From positions 110,918,001-110,982,000 of the forward strand of contig OX597817.1 in NCBI GenBank assembly GCA_951406725.2: a stretch of DNA of 64,000 bases. Direction: 5' to 3'. Positions 52,132-64,000 of the stretch are shown here, piece after piece (positions within the stretch are counted from its first letter, which is position 1; each line of letters opens with the position of its first letter). The stretch is from Octopus vulgaris (lineage: Eukaryota). The notes below the pieces were generated by a model. It was not told the origin of the DNA and did no database searches. It was given only the letters and a program-made list of their open reading frames with translations. The position numbers were made by a program, and so were the translations under genes.

Positions 52132-53204
52132 TTCATTGCATGTATGTATATGTGTACTTGTGTGTGTGTGTGTGTGTAAGCTGAGTACAGTAGATAATTA
52201 AAGTGACATAAAATAAAGGATTTCAATCACTAATAAAATAAATATCACTGAAAGCTTACTTCAGGTGATGATATGACATTAAGTCAATGTATTCAGAAAA
52301 TTTAATGAAATCTTTGAAGTGTTGCCTTAAATACAATGATGTATCAATAATTACCTGAGTGGAATATAACACAGGCAATATATTTTTCTCATATTCAGTT
52401 AATAGAAACAATTGACTATAGAAACTTGGTAGCTTTGGAGTTCTAATTTTTGTTATGAAAATGAAGAAAAAGAGAGAAAAACATTGTAAAGGGCTTGAAT
52501 CATTAAAGAGAATATTCCCTTAATATCAAAGTAATGCATTTTTGTTTTCAGCATAATGTGTAATTGAAGTTGAAACAAGATCTAGCTGAAATTTAGAAAT
52601 AGCATTATAATTTTCCTTGAAAAAAAATAATAAACTTTTTAAAATTATTTTTTGTGTTATATCATTTAAGAAATTGTATTTAAACTGTTTCCTCAATATT
52701 TTCATTTTATTGTGTTTTTCCAGTATATTTTGTACATCTTTGATTTTTTTTCCTTTGTGAAAGGAACATCCACATCTAAATTTAGAAAATAATGTTCTGG
52801 TTGTATATATATGATACTTTGACTTGTTTAAATTACGGAGCCAACAGTCTGCATATTAGATTCTTTAGGTTCTTTCTATTCAGAACCTACTTTAATGAGT
52901 GTGGCTTAACAAAATTTTGAAAATCTGGCATTTCAGGAGGCTGGAAATATCTAATTAATAATGTAAATATCTCACTATCAACTGAACTGTTACTATATCT
53001 TATCTATGATGAAAGATTAATTGCTGTGTGTATTGAAGTGCTGAGCTGAATACAAGAATGAAGAGGTATAGAAGCCTTTATCAAATTGGTAAGAGACAGA
53101 AATTTTAATATGACAGAAACTCGATAAGAATTAAGACTCTACCCAACTAATATATCATGAGTTTCATCTTTTAGCTGTTTTACTTATAGAGTTGTCATAC
53201 AGGT

Positions 53205-53579
53205 GGAGGTGCAATGGCCCAGTAGTTAGGGCAGCAGACTCGTGGTTGCAGTTTTAATTCTCAGACCAGGTGTTGTGAGTGTTTAATGAGCAAAAACACC
53301 TAAAAAGCTCCACAAGGCTCTGGCAGGGGGTGATAGCCAACCCTGCTGTACTCTTTTACCACAACCTTCTCTCATTCTTTCTTCCTGTTTCTGTTGTACC
53401 TGTATTTCAAAGGGCCCGCCTTGTCACATTCTGTGTCATGCTGAATCTTCCTGAGAACTACTTTAAGGGTACATGTGTCTGTGGAGTGCTCAGCCACATG
53501 CATGTTAATTTCATGAGCGGGCTGTTCTGTTGATTAGATCAACTGGAACCCTTGTCGTCATAATCGATGGAGTGCCACA
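53205..53579 (+). mobile_element. SINE family C
   Basis: ggaggtgcaatggcccagtagttagggc tRNA-like head, ends gatcaactggaacccttgtcgtcataatcgatggagtgccac. Second copy at 33843-34222(-). Confidence 0.88.
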
Positions 53580-53689
53580 ATGTCATACAGACACAAACAG
53601 AATGCTTAGGCTATTGTACTATTAACATAAAGAATGCAATTTTAATGTCTGCTTCTAGAATTGACTGAGCTTATTATTATCATGGAAGC

Positions 53690-54112
53690 AAAACTCAGGT
53701 TTAGTCTTATTCCTGGTAGGATTTATTTGGGTAGCAGGTGACTATCTGTAACCTTAGGTCTCCACATGTTTTTGGAAGTCTTTTAAGTGCTTAGAACTTT
53801 TCTGATAATCCTTGCTGTCACTAAAAGGCAAACTTTCTGTAGGAGTTCTACTGGGCATTCTATTTCAATCTCATTCAGGCATTTGTCTATATCTTGGCTT
53901 ACTGTTCCCAACACATCAATTATTATAGTCACAAATTTTACTGTTTGCATGCTCCAAATTCTTCCTATTTCAAACTTTAAGGAATTGTATTTTCTTTTTT
54001 TTTCCTTCCTCTTTCTTTATGATCCTGGAATCAAATGGGCATGATGGGTCAATAAGTAAGCAACATCGCTTTTCTTTATCTATGATTGTAATATCTAGTT
54101 TATTACTTTCTA
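53690..54112 (-). mobile_element. R4/Dong 3' end (RLE C-terminus plus 3'UTR)
   Basis: Minus strand KLDITIIDK..LLIDPSC..KYNSLKFEIGRIW..IIIDVLGTV..LQKVCLLVTARIIRKVL. The + ORF 53787-54044 is its antisense shadow. Confidence 0.82.
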
Positions 54113-55454
54113 ACTTATTATTATTATTGTTTTAGTTTCTGTCATCACAGATGGAAATAATATTTTATTCTTGCATTTTATCATTAGATGCATTTTTATC
54201 TTCATAGTTGAGATGTTGTTTGTCTCATGTCAAGTCGGATTGTGGTCAAAGACAGTTCCCCTTTTTTTGGGGATACACTGCATCCAAGATCACATTGTCT
54301 AATTGTAAAGGCTAATTTAATGGGGATTTGGCTGCTATATCTTGCAGGTCAAGTGACCACATAAAGGTACCTTTATTGAATAATCTGGGTTTTAGAAACT
54401 TCTGGTGTAAAATTCTTGAATGAACCGAGTGATTATGTAAGAGAAAAATGGATGTAAAACCATAAAATTAGATGTTTCTCAAGTTCCAAGAAGACAGTAC
54501 ATAGCTTTAGATTTGTGGCACAGTGAAGAAGAGGATAAGAGATAAATCTTCTCTGGTGTTCTGACAAGCTGTATTTACTTGATAACTAGGTCGACTAAAA
54601 ATATAGTTCTTTCTAAATTGGAAGTTGCAATATTCATGCTTTCCTTAAAATACCAGAAATGCAAGTTGAAGGAACTCTGTTTAGAAATCAAAACTGAGTT
54701 TTTGATTTGTTTGTCAATAGTTTCTTGTTAGGCCAAGAAACCAGCTACTCTTTACTTTAATACGGATTTCTTATATAGACACAAAGCCTTGAATTTTTTG
54801 CGAAAAGGAAGCGTTTGATTATATCGACTCTAGTATTTGCCTGGTACTTAATTTTATTGGAGGATGAGAAGCAAAGTTGACCACAGCAGAAATTGAAATC
54901 AGACTCCAATGAGCCAGAACAAACACAGTAAAGTATTTTGGCCAACACTCTAAAGAATCTGTATAGAAATTGTAAAACATCCAAAACATTTCCATTTATT
55001 AACTCAGAAACAGAGGAAACAAAATTTGTATTTTTGCGTACTATTTCATATTTTATATTTTTTTAAATTCTAATTTTTTTTTGTCTCCTGCATTTTGTAC
55101 AATAGTTTTGATTATCTCCTCTTAATGTTGATGTCATGTGATCCATATATATATTCTGACATCATAATATATTCAAAGACTTTATGTTGCCAGTCAAAAA
55201 GGCATAGTTTCAAGTTTAATGAAGTCTTATTGTTTATGAAGAAATGAGAGGAAATTACTGATTTGCTTATTGAATTTACAAATTCAAAATATAGTTAAAT
55301 ATGTAAATATGGTTGTTATGTTTATATGCTCTGGATATGATAGTCCCAATGTTTTTGGGTGATTATTTAATCAGCAGTTTCTATGATTATTAACTGAAGA
55401 TTATGATGTTACCATTGTCTAGTGATATTTCTCTTGGGAATTGTAAGGTAAGTA

Positions 55455-56231
55455 CCATATTTCCTGGTATTGAAGATGCTACTTTTTTCCTAAAATAAGT
55501 CTTGAAAATCTACCATGCATCCTGGAGGCTAAAGGCTACATTTTTCAAAGGCATATCCTAACCTCAGAGGAAAATTATCTATGCTAGACAGTAATCTGAA
55601 CCCCTGTATATGACTGCAAGATCAATGAAATGATAGTATATGTTCAGAGATACTGAAAAAATTAATTTTTATAACAAACCCTTCAAGGGTTATTTGTTGC
55701 TGGTGCAAAAATATGCTTTCCATCATACATATTTAAGCAAAACAGTCAAATTTGAGATGTTTCTTGGTTGGTGATGGTAATGATGGGGAGAGGCATCCCC
55801 CTATCCTCCCCCTCTGAATCCCATCCGTGTCGTGTAGTTTGAATTTTACAGTGAATACATAACAGTAGGCATAAATTTTGAGAGTATACTTACCATACCA
55901 TGTCTCTGTACTGATGGTCCCACAAAACAAATTGGTAAGGTAGGTGAGTGCTGCCTTTTGTTAGTTTTACAGACACAAGAGTAGGATCACAATGGGAGAC
56001 AGTCAATGTAAAGGGATAGTGCAAATAAGTGTGAGATGAACAGCCAAATAAATGCTAGGAACATTTTAAGTGGCATGCTGGAGGTTACAGTGATTTTTTT
56101 TCACATTGCATCTATAAAGGTAACAAACAAGACCTTATTTTTATGTTTATTATTTCCTTTTTGAAATTTTTATTTGTCAGAATTAGGGTGCATCCTCAAA
56201 GAGAAAGCATCTTCGATGTCAGATAGTACAG
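55455..56231. mobile_element. Decayed Tc1/mariner (Tc2/pogo-like) non-autonomous element
   Basis: Imperfect ~25-bp TIRs: ccatatttcctggtattgaagatgc vs reverse complement ctgtactatctgacatcgaagatgc; TA at the left end. Confidence 0.5.
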
Positions 56232-56894
56232 TTTATTTTTACAATTGCCCAAGCAGTTCATAGCATTGTAGAGAAATGCATACATTTCCTAATGGTAGCA
56301 GGGTAAAATAAATAAATGTTAAGTTAGGATTTGCTGAGATAAAAGTTTAGTCTGAATTATGTTCTGAATAACTGTCAGTTTTTTTTTTTTTTTTTGGTTT
56401 TTTCTTTTTTCTTTTTATGTAAAATAATGGATTATATTAGAGTTCTCTCATATATCTATTTCTCTGTGTTTATTTTCCTGAGAAGAATGTAGATAGTGTA
56501 ATAGTTTTTAAAAATATTTTTATTTTAGTTTAAACAAGTTGACAAAAGGTAACTATTGCTCGTAGCTTCTAAACTGGCGAATTTGATGCAGTTGATGATT
56601 AGTCAGTCTTGGTTGTAGGGTTAAGAAGTTCACTTCATAACTACATGATTTGGAGTTTTGATCCTGTTGTGCAACATCTTGGTCCAGTTTCTTCTCTCAT
56701 ATTTTTGAGTCAATCTTGTGAATGAAATTTACCAAATGGAAAAATCTGTGGAATTGTGGAATCCCATTTGAGGGACTCCTGTATTTTTGGGTGAGAGTCT
56801 TATGTTGCTTGGTTATAATACCTTCCTAGTCCTTGGGTGTTTTAGTAGAATCTGGTCTGTTGCAAGTATTCAAACTAGATACCTACTTAATGAA

Positions 56895-57068
56895 TAACTG
56901 CTTGCCTCTCTCTTCAGTCTTGGAGTTCCTGAAGAGGACCATAATATTGCTCTTCTTACTCTAAAGGATTAAAAAGAAAATTATTTTTTCATATTGGCAG
57001 GGAAGGAGTTCCAGAAGGTTGATGATGTGGGGAAGAAAGGATTGGATAATGTGCTTAGTTTTAGGGTA
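56895..57068 (-). mobile_element. CR1/L2/Jockey-like 3' fragment
   Basis: Minus strand FFPTSSTFWNSFPA resembles SFFPRTxxLWNSLP. Confidence 0.55.
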
Positions 57069-59570
57069 ACGTCTTCATCTATAGTCTAAGAGTTTGCTTT
57101 CTTCTACCTTCTGTGAGTCTTCAACTTCTGATGGAATCATAAGAGCACCATCATGATATACAGTGTATCTTGAGCAGTTCAATGTCGCTGGGTTTATCAC
57201 TCCAGTATTAGACTGATACTTTATTTATCAGCCCCAAAGAAATGGCAAGCAAAACTGACCTTAGCAGTATTTGAACTTTTAGTTTAGAAGGCTGAAGCAA
57301 AATCTGCCAGGCATTCTACTTGAAACTGTAATAATTCTGCCAATTTACCACCTTATATAAGTATTTTAGTGGTGCTGTGCTAAACTCTTGGCAAGCTAAG
57401 TCTCAAGGTTTGATTTTTAGCTAACTCATTTAATTTCACTTGTTCTTTGTACTAATGATGGTGTTATTGTTGTTTAGCTCAAAGACAAGCCTCACTGAAC
57501 AGCCAATAATAAAGGTATTCCCGCCATGGATATCTGTTCTGTTTTGTTTTCTTTTTTTCATGTAGTGTATCATGAGCAACATTGTCTGAATTGTTCTTTT
57601 TGTGTTTAAGATGGTATGGTGTTGTTTAAGGAAGAGTTGGCTTCTGTTTCTAGTGGGACATGAGCCCATGCAGAATCTCCTTCATTGGCTCACCATGCCA
57701 GTGATTTCCAGTTTTAAACAATTGGTTGGAGAATTAGTGGCTGTGCCAAGTTAATTTGGCTGTAATACCTATGCACTTTATTCTCTTTTTCATAAAACTG
57801 ATGTAGGAGCCTTTAAATGGTTGTTTTACTAGAATTAGCAGCTAAATCTTCCTTAGATCATATATTTCCTTTTTGAAAATGGAAGGACACTTTGGATAAC
57901 ATAGTCCTATGTTAGATACACTACTTGAAATATGAATGGAAGGTCATGACTGAAATATTTTTGATTAGAAGTGTACTTAGTCAGAGCTTGCCTCAGGCTA
58001 AATAGGAGCAACAACCACTAAAATATAGAAATATAGAAAGCATAAAGCAATACCAGTGGCAGTATTTGTAGAACAGGATATTTGAAATATTCAATAACTG
58101 TTTTTTACCTCTGTTATCTATATTTTAGATATTTATTTTTAAAGATACAAACTCTGAATTTTAGGAAGACTTCTTCATAATTAAAAAAAGACTGATGCTT
58201 CTGAGAGTTAATTGCATTTAAAATTAGCTTTCTTTCTTATTCTCCTTTTTCCCTTTCTTTTTTCTTTTCCTTCCTCCTCCTCCTGTCTTTTTCTTCCCCC
58301 ACCGGCTGCCTTTACTACCCTGTATCCATTATAAACAGAACCATATTAGAGCAAAAGTCAACTTCAGTACTTCCTCAAGACTCAGTAATCAATTGAATGC
58401 TAAACTATTTTAGTTTTCCAGTACAAAAATTGTTAGTTAAATCACTTTTAGATTTTAATAAAAATAACTTTTTTTAATAATTGGTTTCAAAATTTAAAAA
58501 ATACTTTTTAATAATAGACCCACCCTGTAAACACACATTTTTTTGTCACACATATTCTTCAAGCTATCTAATAAAATACTGTTATATTAATGTAATTAAA
58601 TGAGTAAACTTTTAAAAATAGATTTCCAAATCTAATTTTCAGTGCTCAATAATTAATTTCAACAAGAGAATTATTATGGTAGTTGAAAATTTGCAATTTC
58701 TTTGAAGTTTCTCCAATGTTCAAATCATCACTATATACAAAAAATAGATATATCTTTCTTCTCCCATTAATAAAAATTGATTTTATATCAATCTAATTTG
58801 TGTAAAATCACATGGTAATTATTGAACAGTTGTTGATACTTGGATAAAGCTAAATGCATTGAGGTGTTTTTGTTAGAAACAAAGTAGTTTCTGAACTAGA
58901 TGCAAGGTGACTTTGAATCAATACCATTTTCATATCAAACTGGTCTTTTCACATGTAATATATAAAATGCTTGTGTGTGTGTGTGTATGTGTAGTATGTC
59001 AGGTTACTTCTAGTACTACTTGTAATATGTAACCCCGTACAACCTGTTACATGGTCAGGCTGTAGGTGAGCAAACCACCTAGTCTGTCAAGTCTGCTTGG
59101 TAAAGAGGATGGTTTTCATTGCACACCCTGAACTCAGTAGAGTCAGTGGCCATGCAGCAGCTGAGAGTGAGCGGTCTCTCGTCTTTGTTTAAAAATCTCT
59201 GTAAGAGAAGGAAATTCTGAAATAACACCTACCTCATTGCAAAACCAGTTTCTGCTACTATGCTAGTTTCTGAACTACTATGCTCTGTAGGTTAGAGTCT
59301 TAATCATGTTGTGCAAGCTGTTATTGACTTTAAATTTCAGCACAGGCATTGCTGACAGCTATTGTCTTTAACATCGATAAGATTATTAGTATTCTATGAG
59401 TTTGCAAACAACCCGACACACACAGAATTATGTATCAGCTCATTTAAATATATTCTGGAAGATTCAAATGTGAATATCTATTTGCTGTTGCTTTTGGTAA
59501 TGGAGAACAACTCCTCCCTTTATTTAGATGTTGTGTGTTCCTAACATGTACAATTCACCAGTGTAAGGGA

Positions 59571-59620
59571 ACTTTGAGACACCATAGTGTTTCAACCCTG
59601 TGTGTCTCCTCAGTTGAAGT
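59571..59620 (-). ncRNA. Type I hammerhead ribozyme with full stem III (CpG-decayed)
   Basis: Minus strand: acttcaa-CTGAGGA-gacacacagggtt-GAAA-cac-tatg-gtg-TC-tcaaagt. Stem III is a 4-bp hairpin; stem I becomes perfect (acttcga/tcgaagt) if two CpG transitions are reversed. Confidence 0.72.
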
Positions 59621-60423
59621 TATCCATCTGCTCTGATGAATCCAAGAGTATGAGCTGTTGTTTATAGGAATCAGCAAACAAATTATCTGTTAGTCTAAGC
59701 TACTCCTCTGGTTTGCTGGATCTGACAAAAATATAAGCTGTTGTTTATAGGAATCAGCTAACAAATTATTTGTTGATATGTGTTCATGTCTACCAACTAG
59801 ATAATAATTCACGGAGTGAATGCAGAACAGCAGAAATCCTAACAATAATATATTTATTCAGTCTTAATACATTCTGGTAGATTCAAATGTGGCTATTGGC
59901 TTTTGCTATTCATCAATGGAGAACACTTCATGGAAAGGTATTTTTGAGTGAGGAGATGCACAACACCATGCAACCAATCCTGCTATAAACATGTAAAGTA
60001 GAACTTGCTGATAAGACAAATGGGAATAATGCATAATTGATATCTCACATTAATTGAAAGATACAAAGTTGGAGGGTAGATGATTAAAATGGTTCCAGTA
60101 CATGACTGTATTTTATTGATTTTGAAAGATGAAAAGTAATATTGATCTAGGCATGATCAACTTTTTCATCACTGTTGTCACAATTTGTTGCCCATGTATT
60201 TTCTTCCTTGTAGTTGCAGGTGCCTTGTATCACCTTAATAGGGGTGCTTAACATAAATACTTCTCAAAGTTTATTTCTGGTACTTGAAGTGGAAAACAGC
60301 CTGCTCTCAATTCAGAATGAGGCTAAACTTTCATTTCCCAATGGCATTTCATTGTTTACTCACCATGAGGTACACAAGCTTTTAAATCTATCATAAGAGT
60401 TTTGATTTTTTTATTGGACGAAA

Positions 60424-61335
60424 ATGGCTGCTCCTGCATTTGATGAAGCTTTTCTGGAAGAAATCTTGGTAGGATTCTGGTTTAAGCACTCCATATAACC
60501 CTTTATAACATTTTAAATTTTTTGAAATTTTCAGAAAATATTTGTGTTCTGCATGTAAGAACTCATGATTATGAAAAGAAACAATAATTTTTTTTAAACC
60601 TCCTCTCCAAATCCTAAAACTTTTTTGAATTTTGATTTTTTTTAAATCAGAGATTAACATATGGACACTTTGAATTTTTTGCTTAAATCCCAGCAATGGG
60701 CCAGCTTTGGATGCGTCATCATTGTATTAAATGTGGAGAAAAATATTCAAAAACATTAATACATGTCAGAGTGACAAAGAAATGAAGAAAGTATCAAGGA
60801 GTTGTACGATATGCGAAAAACAACAGCTGAATCATCCTTAAATCACACACAAAAATACTTTTTGTAATCTTATGAATTCTTGTGTGCAGAACACAAATTT
60901 GCTAAAATTTTCAAATAATTTCACAAAACCAAAAATTTATGAGGAATTATATGGAGTGCTTAAACCAGAATTCTGCTGAAATCTTGTTTGATTGTTACTC
61001 AAATGATGATGATTTTGAAGGATTCATTCTGGCAGATATCGATGGTGAAATGGTTGGAGGTGATGATGAAGACTGACTGTGTTTATAGTGATATTGAGAA
61101 TAACACCAAGTGAATGCTATCATCCCTGGGTGGGAGATTTTCAAAAGTTACTGGCCTCAAAGAGGTATCTGATGAAGGGTTTCTGAGCTTGCGGTTCCTC
61201 AGTTGAAAGTTCCATATATCAAATCACATAAGTTGCTATCCTGTTGAATAAAAGAGACTGAACTTGATGCATTTTAAACTTTGGGATAATCTGTAGCATA
61301 CCATGGCTCATATTTGTTGAAACACTCAACAAGAT
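60424..61335 (+). pseudogene. piggyBac-like transposase N-terminal remnant, interrupted
   Basis: Removing 60468-60985 gives MAAPAFDEAFLEEILFDCYSNDDDFEGFILADIDGEMVGGDDED. Decayed FSKVTG and ELDAF-KL..HIC..ET downstream resemble the piggyBac acidic N-terminus, FxxxxGP and FxLF..IxxxTN motifs. Confidence 0.5.
60468..60977. mobile_element. Long-TIR MITE (Mutator- or Merlin-like)
   Basis: ~105-bp imperfect TIRs (attctggtttaagcactccatataa..tttgtgttctgca). TSD gaaatctt(g) at 60460-60467 and 60978-60985. Confidence 0.82.
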
Positions 61336-63288
61336 GATGTCCTCTTATAAACATGATGAAGCGTAGTAAACAGAACAGAGTTTTTGTATAACTGGTTTTA
61401 TTTTAGTTACAGATGGGACAATATTGATCATATCAGTTTATAATACCCTATTAACTGGTCCCTTTATTCTAGCTGATAAAATTACAGATTGCAATTATTT
61501 CAAAATAAAACTAACCTAATGGAAGAAATAAAATAAATTAAAAATAAGAGCATAAAAATAATATAAAAAGTGGAATTAGAAAAGTTTATAAGATATTTCA
61601 TTCTAAGATATTTGTTTCCAGTGTTCACTATTGTATTGAATTTAATGTTACTGAAGGAAATGATTTCACAAATGGGCTTCCTTTTAAAGGTTCTGAACGA
61701 TTGCTCTCACATATATATTATGGTTTCCTTTGTTGTTTTGTTCTGAAACATCATTTCTATAAAAAATAATAATAATAAAATGAAACAAGAGAAAAAACTA
61801 ATAAAACATTCTTTGATCACTTGGTGTTTCAACAAACCAATTTTCTCAAGCATTCATTATCTGTATTCCAATATCTTTGTTCTTAATTTTGAAATTTTCT
61901 CAAAAGATTCCCCCCACCCCTGCCTTTTCTCTCTCTTTTTTTTTTTTTTTTAGTCTTTCATTCTGCTAGAATTGGCATCCAACAATTTAATCATTTCAGT
62001 TGCTTACTCTTTCTCTCTGTCTGTCTCTTTCTCTCTCTCCTCCCTCCTCTTATCTGCATACACCATTTTGTTCTTTTGCTCTTTTATATAGAATGCTAAA
62101 ATATTTTTCATTTGCTTATCTACATATTTTTCTTTTGTCATATATTGGATTAGCTTCTTCACCCATCAGATGATAAGTTAAACCCTCAGTCTTATAATCA
62201 TCACCATAAAGAGATAAAAAAATAACCATTCTAGTAAATGCACACTTTGAATCCTTTTTAAATAAATGAGAATAAAAGAATATAAATTCAGATTTTTCCA
62301 CCAGTGCAGTTATTGAGTCAGATCTGCTCAGTTGAAGAATAGAAAAATTGGTTGAATTTTACATTATAATATGTTTAATTTATTTTGTTCTGTTCTCTGT
62401 TCTTGGATAACAAACAGTTCAATGTTTGGTTTACTTATATCTTATAGTTCTAAAAATTATATGAATACAGTGATAAAATTGAAAACAAATATAAACGAAA
62501 GTCATTTCTTTAATTTTTTGTTTTGAATGAATTAGATATGAAATATATCTCTAAACGGGTCTAGCGTTTTTTTTTCTTCCCCACACAGCATTTTGTGAGT
62601 CATTCTAATGATCTTGTAACCCACTACCTACCACACCAGAGAGAGAGAGAGAGAAAGAAATGACATTGTGGAAGAGTTGTTTCAGCAATTTAAGAAGGCA
62701 CACAAACTGTTTATTTCTTTCTTAACAGTAGTCTACAGTGAAGTGCCAAAAGGTTTTGCCATACTTCTGTGGTCTGATCATTGTCACTGTATTTCACTGT
62801 CATTTGGAAGAATGTCTGTGACACTTTTATTACTGTCCATCATTCTTTCTGAAATACATACAGACATAAATACACACACATCAATGTGTGACATCTTTTT
62901 GCATGCTAATGAATATATAGTTTGAGCCCCTAATTGCTGTCAAAATTTTTTAATGTATGAGTCACAAGACCTTATTTTATTGAACCTCACAAGATGTAAA
63001 GCTAAAGAATGAAACATAAGACCCTTATGTTCTTGCCTCTATGTCAAATCTCCAAATTTGAAGACTATTCTACAAGAAACAAGACTCCAATCCACAGAAG
63101 TAGAATATACATAAGAAGATAGATTGTGATTGTTGTTTAACCCAAGGTCCATCTATTTCATTGAATTGCTAGGTTACACTTTTTGAAATGTCACTGGTTT
63201 TAATATAACAATATATTTTTCTTCATATTTTTGCATTGACACTGCATTGGATAACTGCGGCAGTGTTACTTGTTTATATCTCCCTTAA

Positions 63289-63508
63289 CCCTTTAATGTT
63301 CAGATTACTCTGTTAAATGTAATGCCTTTTCACTCAAATTGTTTTGAATCTATCATACATTTTCTCATGGCTTTGAAATTTCAATGATGTGAATATTTAT
63401 TTTTAGAATGTCAATGTAGGTTAGGTGTGAGAGGCTAGATATGGCTAGTTCAAATATAAAACATGTAGAATATTTGGGCCAGATGTGGCCAGATTAAACA
63501 CTAGAGGG
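63289..63508. mobile_element. piggyBac-type MITE (second family)
   Basis: TTAA|ccctttaatgtt..aacactagaggg|TTAA, 220 bp. Fragments of the family lie at ~12240-12420, 12663-12722 and 30640-30790. Confidence 0.8.
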
Positions 63509-64000
63509 TTAAAAAAATGTTCTGCAAACCAGTTTAACATGTGAAGTTCATTTGAATAAAGTACTTCTCTTGAAAACAAGTGAAGGTTTGTGTAACAAAC
63601 GGTATTAGGCTGTAGGTAGAATATTGCCTCAAGAAGACTTTTCAGCAATGTGGAAATAAATGCCTTGCTCAAGGATACAAAGCACCACCCAATCCAGGAA
63701 TTGAACATAGAACTTTATGGTTGTGAGCCCAACTCCCTAACCACTGGCTAATGCACCTTTACACACACATACATACAAGTTTGTGTATGTATATATAAAT
63801 ATACATACATGCACACACCTACACACACGTAAGCATTGTATACCTTATTTATTGTGAGCATCCAAGTGATAAAATGCTGTTTCTCTGACATTTTTATATT
63901 AACTACATACATAGAAATGGAATGGTGGGGTAGTGTGTATGTGTATATAATTCTTATCTATAAACATCCAGGCCTGAAATAAAATGCAACTAAATTCAAT

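Noticed and set aside
61165-61215. CTGATGA..GAAA on + and CTGAGGA..GAAA on -
   Set aside because: Stems I and III do not pair on either strand; lies inside the transposase-like remnant.

Overview
AT-rich, repeat-dense eukaryotic DNA with no intact protein-coding gene. The repeat families, microsatellite load and CpG decay suggest an Octopus-type cephalopod genome (inference from recalled repeat consensus shapes, not a search). The window is probably intronic to a + strand transcript, with a few isolated candidate exons. It contains many tRNA-derived SINE copies of several families, decayed R4/Dong, Tx1/L1, CR1-like and RTE-related fragments, a Penelope-like (PLE) GIY-YIG remnant, piggyBac and hAT MITEs, and a piggyBac transposase remnant. 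Almost all ORFs in the supplied track are microsatellite or antisense-to-TE artefacts. Most notable: (1) a non-coding element combining a tRNA-like Pol III head with a minimal type I hammerhead ribozyme (HHR), found three times as diverging inverted pairs. Two copies have 14-20 bp target-site duplications and a Penelope-like ~30 bp tail on one arm only, suggesting a PLE-mobilised ribozyme SINE. (2) Three further, unrelated HHR families. (3) A textbook AG|GTAAGT recursive-splice-site/RS-exon candidate at 30895. (4) A reconstructable ~1.4 kb inversion with staggered breakpoints. Coordinates were counted by eye and boundaries of decayed repeats are approximate.
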